NCBI RefSeq assembly: GCF_000981445.1
Contig: NC_027220.1
Coordinates: forward strand, 186,001-250,000
Origin: Babesia bigemina
Taxonomy: Eukaryota
Reading direction: 5' to 3'
DNA: 64,000 bases
In this document: piece by piece, positions 47,618 to 57,892 of the stretch
Layout of the letters: the number at the start of each line of letters is the position of its first letter
Position numbering within the stretch: the stretch's first letter is position 1
Program-made: the position numbers and the translations under genes
Notes under the pieces: model-generated
The model's database searches: none
What the model saw: the letters and a program-made list of their open reading frames with translations, nothing else
What the model was told of the DNA's origin: nothing

Positions 47618-50503
47618 ATGGGAGCCTATCATGTATTGAGAGCTCTGTTGGCATTATGCGCAATATGGATGGATTTCATTCCTTATATTGACGCAATGAT
47701 TTGTGATTTCGCAGGTCCAGATGAGCTACTTGTCCACAACGCTCTCGTTATCTGCCACATGAATATGGATGACTTTGACAGCGCAAGTGCCATATGCCCA
47801 CACCGAGTGAACGAGACGGAATACATCTGGCATCCGCAGTCAGCATCCGATGATCATTCGCATTTTAACACGTACATCAGTGAATATGGCGCGTTTAAGT
47901 CTCTTGCGCTGTCCAATGTTTTCATAACCGATGCGCCAGTTAAATTTGTCTCGATGGAATCGCATCAGTCACAGACTGCTATACATTTTAACGTACCCAT
48001 TCACGACGTATTTGCTGTTACCGACCACCGCTTGATATTCGTCTGCGGGCCGAAAGATTTGGTTCTGAGTGCTGCGTTGCAGCGTCGCTTGGACGCTCTT
48101 GATGGCTACGCGGAAACGCAAAAATATCCTTGGTCTCCTGCGACGCCGTTGACTGAGGAAATTGAAAAGATGGGACGAACTGTGGGATTAGGCGTGCTAT
48201 TCTTATACAGAGAGCATCTGACTGTACTACTGCAGGGTTGTGGTAGCCGCCCATCACCACTCTTCGATCCGGATGTTGAGGTGACTGTAGACCGTGCCAC
48301 AGGCACGCGTTCATGTGTGGCGAATCCTATATCTAGGTCGCCGATAGGGTTTCTGTGCGAAGGCAAGATCGAACCTGAGGATTGCATGAGGTACCTCTTA
48401 GACCAAAATGGTGAAGTTGTCGTTGCTCCCGAACCATATTCATATTTGAAATTTTATGATACGCGCTGGGTGGTAGCGCGATATTTCAACAGCTTAGCTC
48501 TACCGCCATTCCAAGGTGAATGCAGGTGCATAGATTCTGAAACAGGACAGGTGAAGGCCAGGATAGAGGTCCGTTCGAAAACAGAATACATTTGTGACAT
48601 CACTGGCAAGATCTTTAGGAATCGTGTTCGCCCTATCCGTGGACATTGGTGTTCGGTGGTACTTCACCCTGGCAGCACGTTGACCATAAGGTTCCCGATA
48701 GACAGTGCCACTACGATCTCAGGCGAAGACTCCGACGAACATCGCCAACTTGGGCCACCGTCACAAAAGCGTGCTAAATATTTGTTCGAAACGGGATTTC
48801 AGCCAACGGACTTGAAGCGAATGCGGCAACTGAAAAACCATGATGGATTCAATCTTTACTATGACGTCTCATACCGCAGAATCATTGCCGGCGATGCGCT
48901 CGAACTGGATGTATCTAAAATGTCCCAGGGGGAGGTTAAGCTAATATACCATATGAACGAACCTCTCGCATTGCGATCGGGGCCAAACTCGTTCTTTTAT
49001 CATTGGACATTAAATGCCGTCAGCAAGTACATTTTCGATAGGATCCGAGCCACTGTGAAAGTGTCGTTCGCTTTTACGCATCGTTACACAATTCTGGGAT
49101 GTGACAGAGAGCAAAGACGTGTGTTTAATGATAAAATAAGCCGGAAATATTGTTCAACCAAATGGATGGGGAATGGTGTAGGGAATATTTATGAATGCCT
49201 CTACCAAAATACGCCTCAGATCAGCATAGTTGGCATTTACTGCAGCACAGGCGAAGAGTTGTTACCCAACAACTGTGAGAGCACGGCTTACGATCTAAAC
49301 ACCAATCGTATTATGCCACTTCCTGCATATGTGCGTAATATGACGCCATATCCCATGCAAAGATTTCAGGTATTCGACATCGCATTTCACACTACAAACG
49401 CTTTTAGTTGTGCTTGTGTCTGTGTCGATCAACGTGGATACGAGAGGTCCAGGCTTGTGCTACAGTCAAACGACCACAAACACTATGTATACGAAATACT
49501 GCGTAAAGATGCACCTCATCCGATTTTACCTTATGCAGTATTGCCCTGGCGTGAGGTTGGATTATGGAGTGACGAAAGAAGTTTATTACGATCATTCGTG
49601 CTATACAACGTTTACACAACGTCGCATATACTGCATGTGGGCAAAACTTTGTGGTTGGACTGTGGCGTTGGATCAGAGACCCCGCCACATAGCGCACCTA
49701 ATGACGTCGCAAGTAATGGGAGAAGAGCAGCATCATGGCTGCCATACTATACGCAACATTTTTATTATACTGTCAATCATACCGCAAGTGGGCCTGAGAT
49801 TATCCGTAAGACTTATGGGGAGTCTATTGCTAGTACTGGTGGATTTCGAATTGTCGACAATGACCCACAGATACGATCATATCAACGCATGATGATCCAA
49901 TCACATATGAATGCTGTATTGGTATCCAAGGACCCAGTTCACAAGAAGTTTGTGCCGATGACTTTCGTTTGCGGGAGAAATCCCGACCCTTCGGACTTGA
50001 CCGTTGTTTCTGGTGACGTATCTGCATCAACTATTTCCCATGTCACCGCATCATCTGCACAATATGCCTCGTACCTAGTTCAAGTGGCGGTCGAAATGAC
50101 GGACCCTTACATGCAAGGCTGCGGCGTAACATATCTGTCCACTGAGTTGTTTAGACCTGAGACACCCAAACTCTACGATGCTGACGGAGAGCTTCAGTTC
50201 GGTTGTCAGATCGACATTGAGACTGCTAAAGAAGCCGCTTTCTACTGCCCCGCGCCGTACGTCCTGGACCCACCCAATTGCTTCGACCAGGTCTACGTCA
50301 ATGGTGAAGTGAAGAACCTAACCGAAATAAGCAAGTCGCTGATTGCATCAGCATCCAGCCACTTCGTTACCTTGCTATTCGACAGTGCTCGTATAGGACC
50401 CGGGGAGACCCTGCACCAGACCCCGCCGTTGGAGTGCCGCTGCGTGACCATCAAGGGTATCGTCCTATCCACCATCCATATCGAGAATTACTACTCCAAG
50501 TAA
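47618..50503 (+). CDS. Secreted 6-Cys (s48/45-like) multi-domain protein, copy 2, intronless
   Basis: Collinear paralog of 21186-24062 (QGCGSRPS, GECRCID.ETG.VKAR, ELLPNNCEST.YDL, near-identical C-terminus); signal peptide from ATG 47618. Confidence 0.78.
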   Translation: MGAYHVLRALLALCAIWMDFIPYIDAMICDFAGPDELLVHNALVICHMNMDDFDSASAICPHRVNETEYIWHPQSASDDHSHFNTYISEYGAFKSLALSNVFITDAPVKFVSMESHQSQTAIHFNVPIHDVFAVTDHRLIFVCGPKDLVLSAALQRRLDALDGYAETQKYPWSPATPLTEEIEKMGRTVGLGVLFLYREHLTVLLQGCGSRPSPLFDPDVEVTVDRATGTRSCVANPISRSPIGFLCEGKIEPEDCMRYLLDQNGEVVVAPEPYSYLKFYDTRWVVARYFNSLALPPFQGECRCIDSETGQVKARIEVRSKTEYICDITGKIFRNRVRPIRGHWCSVVLHPGSTLTIRFPIDSATTISGEDSDEHRQLGPPSQKRAKYLFETGFQPTDLKRMRQLKNHDGFNLYYDVSYRRIIAGDALELDVSKMSQGEVKLIYHMNEPLALRSGPNSFFYHWTLNAVSKYIFDRIRATVKVSFAFTHRYTILGCDREQRRVFNDKISRKYCSTKWMGNGVGNIYECLYQNTPQISIVGIYCSTGEELLPNNCESTAYDLNTNRIMPLPAYVRNMTPYPMQRFQVFDIAFHTTNAFSCACVCVDQRGYERSRLVLQSNDHKHYVYEILRKDAPHPILPYAVLPWREVGLWSDERSLLRSFVLYNVYTTSHILHVGKTLWLDCGVGSETPPHSAPNDVASNGRRAASWLPYYTQHFYYTVNHTASGPEIIRKTYGESIASTGGFRIVDNDPQIRSYQRMMIQSHMNAVLVSKDPVHKKFVPMTFVCGRNPDPSDLTVVSGDVSASTISHVTASSAQYASYLVQVAVEMTDPYMQGCGVTYLSTELFRPETPKLYDADGELQFGCQIDIETAKEAAFYCPAPYVLDPPNCFDQVYVNGEVKNLTEISKSLIASASSHFVTLLFDSARIGPGETLHQTPPLECRCVTIKGIVLSTIHIENYYSK

Positions 50504-50561
50504 TGAGTAGATAAAACTCGGTAACTCGTTTGGCAATTAGCCACTTAAATTGTCATAGTTC
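50210..50561 (+). repeat. 352-bp direct repeat, copy B (partner 23769-24120)
   Basis: 347/352 identical by hand comparison. Confidence 0.95.
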
Positions 50562-51239
50562 ATGTTGTTCGATTTGCTGATTTGTGTCTCCAGTGGCTGC
50601 ATAGTACTTGCTTAGATTGCGATAGTTGTCGGTGCTGAGTTGGCATCGTATTTTTGTGTTGTAATACATTTTTGTAGTTTTGTGTTAACGATACCACGTC
50701 ATGCCAGTAATGGGATTTGATACTACATCTCACAAGGCAAATAGCGTATGTCTGGCATACTTCGGGAAGGTGCAAGGTTTTGCGTTGGTGATCTCATAAC
50801 AACCTAAAAATCAGCCTATGAACCAAATACTCAACGAGAGATGTATTGCGGCAATGATCATTGTCCCACAGTAACTCCACCAATTTAATCAACCAACTAC
50901 CGTGTGAGCACTTGGCCACCCTACATGATTAGAGAACAATGAAACCAAAAAGCAGTTCATTTGCTCACTGCGTTTTCACAGGACTTCACCTCATAACTAT
51001 TCATAAGGCTGAAGCGACTTATATTGGTAATTACTAAATCACAGTTACCCGTGCCCGCCCTACGCAGCTGCAGCCTGCGGCTTGCTGGGATGGATGAGGG
51101 GAAATTACAGAGCGATTCAGAATGGGACGTTAGGTGTGAGAAAGGTGATACATGTGCGAAAAACACGGCTAGTGTCAGATGGGTATGAAACGTTCTCGAC
51201 ACCCCTTGCCTCAATGAGGACTCCGACAGCAGCAAGGTA

Positions 51240-51700
51240 GGGATGTAAAAAGCTGCATCAGATTAAGTCGTTTAATGTTAACATATTAACACAATGGCGA
51301 TGAATGCACATAGCAGCAACTTTTTGTTTAGATTGGGATGGGTGTTTAGCCGGATAGATTTTGGTGCTTCAGCGTGAATGGCAGAACGCCCATACCAGAC
51401 ACGAATTGCGTAACCTTAACAAGGTACGCATATCCGTCAAATCCCTCAGATTACACTAAACCGTAACAGTAACAGTTAGTTATGCTGCACCACTCTAGGC
51501 GTAAATCCGGTACCTCCAATACGGATGCCCAGCGATATATGGGCCAAGCTCAGCAACACAAGGGAGCAAAATCGGAAACAGTTATGGTGGACCCATCAAT
51601 GCGATTGTATCGGAAGTTGTTGGATACTAACCAGATACTGCTTCGTAACACTGAACGTGTCACCGAATTTTCTCAGGGTACTGTGATGCTGAGTTGGTGA
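51240..51700 (+). mobile_element. Possible highly degenerate non-LTR RT fragment between 6-Cys copy 2 and ves-like copy 2
   Basis: Ordered fragments KAASD, CLAG..Q.EW...T, PSNPSDY.KP and MGQAQQHKGAK resemble the RT domain 0-2 motif order; needs frameshifts. Confidence 0.3.
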
Positions 51701-52233
51701 TCTTGGTCAGTGTCTCATCAGTGCCCTCTCCAGATATAGCAATACTCCACAGGTAGCCTTAATCATTAGGTGGCCATAGGATATGCAGAGGATTTTCTGT
51801 GGGACGATGGAGTGTGGTGCCAGGTTATTGTCCTCTGTGATGACCGCTACTACATGGCGTACATGTTGCAGAACTCGACTCACAACCCATTATGATTCTT
51901 CAACGTAGTGCTTTGATGCAGCAATACGAAGCGATATAGGGCCAGTATGTATCATTTCTGTCTGACGATTGCGTACGAAAATAACATGCGTTGAGGATAC
52001 TGCATGCCTGGTTAATGTTATAGATCTAGCCTTGATGACAGCTCGGCCGTCATTACACCTTCGTTTTACGCATATTTGGCACATACAAGGCACCTAATAC
52101 ACCATTAAGGCGCCTGTGTATCGGGTATCGACAGCACTTTTGTTAGTACGCCATTAATTCACATCTGTTTAAAGAGTCGGTCTGTCTGTATACACGTTCA
52201 TAGCATCAGCCCAATCTAACCAATCTTATTAAA

Positions 52234-53229
52234 ATGGTATTCAACTCGTTGACCGAGCCCCCCCGCGATTTCAGGGAGGGTATTGACTGGTTGATCGCTC
52301 TGAAGGGTACAGATGCTGAAAGCAATTTGAAGGCTGTTAGTGATGCAGTTTATAACTTTCTCGCAGACAAGCCTGTTGACCCTAGCCAGTTACAAGCTTT
52401 CCAAAAGGTTAAACAAAACACTAAAGCGTTTTTAGAGCGAGATGTGCTTAAAGACCAGTCCCGCATCAAACTGATGCTGACGAGGTTCAATAGGCCTAAG
52501 GATGAAAAGTACAATATCTTTGCAAAGGTTACTAATAATGAAGAACGAATCGATGATGAGAAACTCAGAAAGGTCTGGGGTATCACTGCTGATAATATAA
52601 CAGAGAAAATAACTACATCTGTGGAGGGTTGTGAAAAGTTCCTGGAAGACATCAAAATCCCTGACCAGTATGTTTCTGCCTACAGTTCAGAAGCTACGTG
52701 GGAGAAATCATGTTCAACAAAACCGGAAGCATGTGCAGCAGTCTTCGTGGGAATCACGCCGATGCTATATACAGGGTTAATGTCTTTGTGGGATGCGACT
52801 GATGCTGATAATTTTAGGTTGTTTCCATCTAAGGCGAAGAAGAACTTGGGAGATTTATTGAACGCTTTGCGTTATGTAAAGCCAGAATGCCGCGATAAAC
52901 TGGATCGTCCAGATATCGTCAATGCGTTGAGCGGTGTTGGTATAGAAGAGTTGGACACGCTCATGGAATTCTCTGAATTCTGGATATTCCATGGATCGGA
53001 CAATGACGGTGCTGCAGGTCTAGAAGCTGCAAAACCCGCAGGCGTTGAAGAAGTTATAGAACCCGTAAACGCTGCAGAACCTGTAAATGCCTTAAAAGCT
53101 GAGAAACCTGGGAAGCCAGAAAAATCGGGTAAATCTGGAAAGTCTGGCAAGTCTGGAAGATCCGGAAGATTAGGGAAGTCCGGAAAATCTGGAAAGTCTG
53201 GAAAATCGAAAAAATCTGGCAAAGCTTAA
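52234..53229 (+). CDS. Short ves-like protein, copy 2, with (GKS)n basic tail, intronless
   Basis: MVFNSLTEPPRDFREGIDWLIALKG; YVSAYSSEATWEKSC; paralog of 25802-26773. Confidence 0.85.
   Translation: MVFNSLTEPPRDFREGIDWLIALKGTDAESNLKAVSDAVYNFLADKPVDPSQLQAFQKVKQNTKAFLERDVLKDQSRIKLMLTRFNRPKDEKYNIFAKVTNNEERIDDEKLRKVWGITADNITEKITTSVEGCEKFLEDIKIPDQYVSAYSSEATWEKSCSTKPEACAAVFVGITPMLYTGLMSLWDATDADNFRLFPSKAKKNLGDLLNALRYVKPECRDKLDRPDIVNALSGVGIEELDTLMEFSEFWIFHGSDNDGAAGLEAAKPAGVEEVIEPVNAAEPVNALKAEKPGKPEKSGKSGKSGKSGRSGRLGKSGKSGKSGKSKKSGKA
53104..53223 (+). repeat. Degenerate 9-bp coding tandem repeat (AAR TCY GGW, encoding KSG)
   Basis: Translates KPGKPEKSGKSGKSGKSGRSGRLGKSGKSGKSGKSKKSGK. Confidence 0.9.
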
Positions 53230-53769
53230 AATGTGGTTCATTAGTAACATTCTGACTCAGGTGCCAGAAGAATTGGCGTCTTTGAAACCTTCGGGCAATT
53301 TCAATTTTGAAATGTGCTTGCCGCAAGCCTTACGTTTACGCGCTTCATCCACACTATAGCTGCCTTGTATAGAGGGCGAGTAGGTTTCTCGGCGTCTCTT
53401 GGATCGTATTCAGGACGCCAGTTAACGCTAACTTCTTTTGCATCACACGCTATCATTTTAGGATAACAGAGAATGGAAACACAAGTAATTTATATGCCAC
53501 ATTGTAAACTAGTTTATTTATAGTTTTTTAGGTGGATGACAGCTCTATCTTGCTGTGCAAAGAATGGTGCGCTAAACGTCATTTAAATGTGGAGCGCCTA
53601 TTCAGTGCTAAGCTTGTTAACACGTATACATTTATCACGTAGTAAGAGTAATATTATATTGTAGGTATCCCCCTAGATATGTGTGCTCATGTTTCGTGAA
53701 AAACAGATATGCGCCATTTGTTGTCGATTGTGCATATTGGACATAGGTACGGTGCTTGCTATGCCGTAT

Positions 53770-53950
53770 GCATCGACGGTAAACGGCACTACCTAGGGAC
53801 AGGCCTGTCATCCGACCAACACAGTAACAAACATCAATAAGGTATTACTGATGTGCTCTGAAGAGGCGCCAAAAGGGGTATGTGCAAGCGCCAATTACAC
53901 AGCACACTGAACAACTTGCAACACATACCTAATGGGTTATATAATGTTCC
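53770..53950 (+). mobile_element. Possible degenerate RT domain-7/thumb fragment
   Basis: One frame with stops reads IDGKRHYLG...VL*RGAKRGMCKRQLHSTLNNL, resembling KYLG...RV.RLCK.KLN.KNL. Confidence 0.35.
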
Positions 53951-54649
53951 TGACTGCACGGTGGCGACGCCCGCAGGTAGGCAACAAAAATGTCGCTGCT
54001 AAATACGCTTGTAGTCTATTCACTGGCCACATTTAAAATCGTTTTCAGGTTACTTGCGGTCACAGGAATTTAAATGTTCATATTACATGTTCTTTAAGTT
54101 AAAACGCTTTTCATAGCATGGCAGTACGACTTGCGTTGCTGTGTCGTCTAAATAAAATGTCGAACGTACGCATATCCTTTACCTGGAATTGCGTAAGAGC
54201 ATATGGTTACTAAAGCATTGCTCCTGCTCCAGCACGAGATATCCTCAGACAGCGACGAAAATGGATCGGCTGCGTCGTATCTGCAGGTAATACGATTGCA
54301 AAGAAATGTTAAATTGCCGTGCTTTGTGTTGCAGTTTAGATATGATTTAACATCACAAAATATGTTTCATCAAAGAGCATTTTTGAAGCGCATCAGTTCC
54401 CGGCCACGAGCAACGCTGCACCGACATTCCTTGGTGATATGAAATTATTGACCCCTATTGAAGTCCATTGAGCCATTATGCGATACTACAGAGCATATTT
54501 TTTAGTAGCAGATATTGATCATTCTACGTTAGTTTGTTGTTTGTCTACACAATGGCGGCTATCCGCTGCGATGTACGGCGAGTGGTCACATCCCTTTTGA
54601 CTCCACGTGACATTATTTAATGGATTGGTCATGGGCGTCCCGCCGACCG

Positions 54650-55288
54650 ATGGCAATTTTGATGGTGAATCAATAAAGAAAAACGATATTGAACGAGCGA
54701 GGGAAATTACTTAGCCGTAGTTCTGCATTCAATTTGCTCGATACAATGCAAACATCTGGGAAGATGATGGGTGACCATCTACGTAGCCTCGTAATAAATG
54801 ATACATCTAAGTTAAGAGCGGCCGTCGATCTCTACCCATCTCGCTATTAACTTCACGGATTGTTTTTTTGCATGTATCGCTCGCCTGTTTTTGAAAATTT
54901 GGCACGTATCAACAAAGCGTGGGATATTCACAAACGCTACAACGATATAGGTGACGAATACAGAAAAACAGATCTGAATCCGCACAGAGCAACCGATCTA
55001 GTGGGTGAGAAACATAGGCGCACATCGAAATTTAAGCAGTATGTGCCTATTGTTGAGTCATGGATGCGGATTGTAGACGAAAAGCTAGCGCCAACTGGGC
55101 CGTACAGGTTGGATAATTTTGAAAATGAATTAGAATCGCCTAGTGCGATTCAGCAATCTGCTGAAGATTATAAATGCACGGCTCCTCTAGAAACCGCACT
55201 GAAAATATATCACCAGAGGCAACTAATCTGTAAGCATACCCGACTCAAAAGAAGCGTTCAGGTGAGTCGAGCGCTCCAGCGGCGGTAA
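54650..55288 (+). pseudogene. Interrupted reading frame of unknown family
   Basis: The 54860 ORF frame stays open upstream to ~54650 except for two stops; GTGAGT...TTCAG intron-like segment at its 3' end. Confidence 0.3.
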
Positions 55289-56290
55289 AATTAATCTCTT
55301 GCCATGTGCGTTCAGCAACGGGTTCTAAGGATTAATCGGGACACTCGACATTGAGAATCATGGCTATTCGAACCATAGTGTCATTGTGTTTAATTGCTGC
55401 TCTCTGACGTAAGATCACCGCAAAACATTACGCGGTTAATATTCATTTGAATTATCCTCGGTTTCGGATTTTATCAACCTCTTGTATTCTACACGAGGTA
55501 AGGATGGTAATCGCCGATGCCAGGAGCTCACGCCCGGCACGCCAGCACTTTCTGTTGCGCTACCTGCTCCGTCATATTGCCTGGTATTCTACGCTGGTGA
55601 CCTTCCCGTGATGACTTAAGGAACAAGACTAGAAAACAATTCATAAGTATGCGAAGAAAACGTGACAACGCAATAAACATCGTTATCCCTGCTCTCATTT
55701 CTGAAGTCTGTTACCTGACTACGTGTGTATGGTTCGAATTTTGGTTATTTAGGATAGCGTATAACGCTGCTGGTATAGGCTGTTCACTCTAGGTCCAGTG
55801 GCCGTATATTACTGGTGTTATCTACGTCAGCCTCTACTCTCGGCGGATAGGGTGATTCACAGAATCGTAAAGTAATACCCCGTCGATGTCCTGCGTAGGA
55901 GTATACGTTAGTACCTTGAACTTTTTGGCTGTAATACCGCTGATTCGGGTTCTCCAATACGTCCCCGTGAGCATCAGCCTCCGCTGGGCTGACGTTAATA
56001 GTCGTTAACGTGCCAATGACGATGATGTTCCGCATACATGCCCACGGCTTCGGATATTTTCAGTCCACTGAGGCGCCGATGGCACCGCACTGACTCCTGC
56101 ATGCCACACACTAACACGCTGTCTTAACGTCTACTACGTTGTCTACCAGGGTGCTTGTTAGGTTGATCGATTAGCATCTTTACAACAATGGGCGGGGAAT
56201 GACGGACATGACTCAGTTAGATCACTACATAATTAACAAACGCAGTGAAAGAATAACTCATTTGGCATAGATCGGTAAGACGAATCGCCA

Positions 56291-56581
56291 TTAAAATAGG
56301 CTGCCGGCGTCTAAATTCGCCACTGTGGGAACACCCGGATAATAAAAGTTCTTGGAGCCTATAGCAGAAACTGTTTTCGGCTGTTTGCGGGGCTTCGTCG
56401 ACTTCTTGGTAGTTGAAGAATCCACGTTGGTTCCTGATACTTGACTGGACCCATTTTTGCCAGAGGTGTTGTTGCGAGCCTTATCCATTGACCATGAGCG
56501 TCCATCAGCTTGCACATGTAGGACAACTGACATAAGGACGAAAAAGAGGGTGCAAAAAATGGTTCCCAGGTTTGCCTTCAT
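56291..56581 (-). CDS. Small secreted (SmORF-like) protein, 96 aa
   Basis: Signal peptide MKANLGTIFCTLFFVLMSVVLHVQA; S/T/K-rich linker; C-terminal motif shared with ves-like copy 1. Confidence 0.8.
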   Translation of the reverse strand: MKANLGTIFCTLFFVLMSVVLHVQADGRSWSMDKARNNTSGKNGSSQVSGTNVDSSTTKKSTKPRKQPKTVSAIGSKNFYYPGVPTVANLDAGSLF

Positions 56582-57129
56582 CTTCCCTCACAGTCTACTT
56601 AAAAATGAGCCCAGTGTAACAATAGACTACTTACTTGAATAGACTATCACTGTATGGAATTGTACACAGTGAGCAGATTCAGACAAGCAGCATGCATCCG
56701 ACCTACTGGTGGGGGAGGCGTGGTCACTGATCTAGCAACGCAGGGATACCGTGAACATTCATATCAGGCATGCCCTACTGGGGTTCTGTTGCCGGGTGAT
56801 GTTAAATAATATTAGACACGATTGCGTAAGATGCAATACCGCACTGTTTAGTGGCCACCCTCCACGGTATGCTTTGGACGCAATGCCTAGTGCTCAGCGG
56901 AAGTCCAGTGATAGACTGCAATATTTCTCGCTAGTCCAATTCAGCCTGCATATGGCACGTAATTGCACCGTTTTTCGAATCTCGATACTTGGTTGCAATA
57001 TGGATGGTTAACAACTAGGATTGACCCGGCTTCGGCGAAGCAGAGGGTACGCAAAGATTTCGTAATCTCCCACAACATACACAATTACACTTAGAGTATA
57101 ATTTGTGCAACTGTAGGTATATAGCGTTT

Positions 57130-57700
57130 TATTAGTGGCTACGTGCCACATGCGCCGATGCTCGCCCGTGCAAGAGGCTCTCCCTTAACGCTATTTCTGT
57201 GGGTTTCGTGCTCCAGATAGTATTGTTGCCGAGCGTCATTAGTGGCATCCCTCCAGTTTGGTAACTGAGGTTATTTAGAGAGTCGAGACCGCATCCATCT
57301 TCATTGTGGTAGGATGGTAATTCCGATATAAACGTTGGTAACAGTAACCTTCTGTCGGTCCGCAGGTATGATGCGTCGTCGGTACTATTATTTCGTCTGC
57401 TCAGCCTTCAGCCTTTTGTCGTACGCGATCCATCCGTATGTTCCATGCACTTCAATCTCGATCTTGTGGGCGTCTATCTTCTCCTTGGGTAGTCCTATTT
57501 GCCTCCTAAGCACTGATTAGATTCACTTTGCTACCTCGTTGTGCTTCTTCGTATATTCAAGGTGTAGTAGTTTCGGGCACTTCGTCGCGAGGTGGTCCAC
57601 GTTCTTGCCGTTGTTGCATTTTGGGCATGTATTCGACGATCACACCGGCTGGTAAGCCTGTCAGATGATCGTGTATTCCACCGTTCAGAGCCAGCTTTGC
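57130..57700 (-). mobile_element. Non-LTR retrotransposon remnant: CCHC zinc knuckle plus start of RLE endonuclease
   Basis: TCPKCNNGKNVDHLATKCPKLLHLEYTKKHNEVAK*I*SVLRRQIGL...WIAYDKRLK...YIGIT gives C-x2-C-x7-H-x4-C followed by (R/K)HN. Confidence 0.85.
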
Positions 57701-57892
57701 AAGTTTCATTGGTCACTTGCGTGTATTAAGCGTCTATGGAAGGAATCATTCGACTATGAATGCAGCATTCGTTACAGCTCGCCTAGGGCCTGCTCATTCC
57801 CGTTGCACAATTCACAGCGCTATAAGCAGTGACAATACATAAATTTATTAAATGGCCATTGTTCATGCTTGCAAGCACACATACTGCCCTGG

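Noticed and set aside
55608..55705. GTGATGA ... CTGA possible C/D snoRNA
   Set aside because: No convincing terminal stem or host gene; likely chance.
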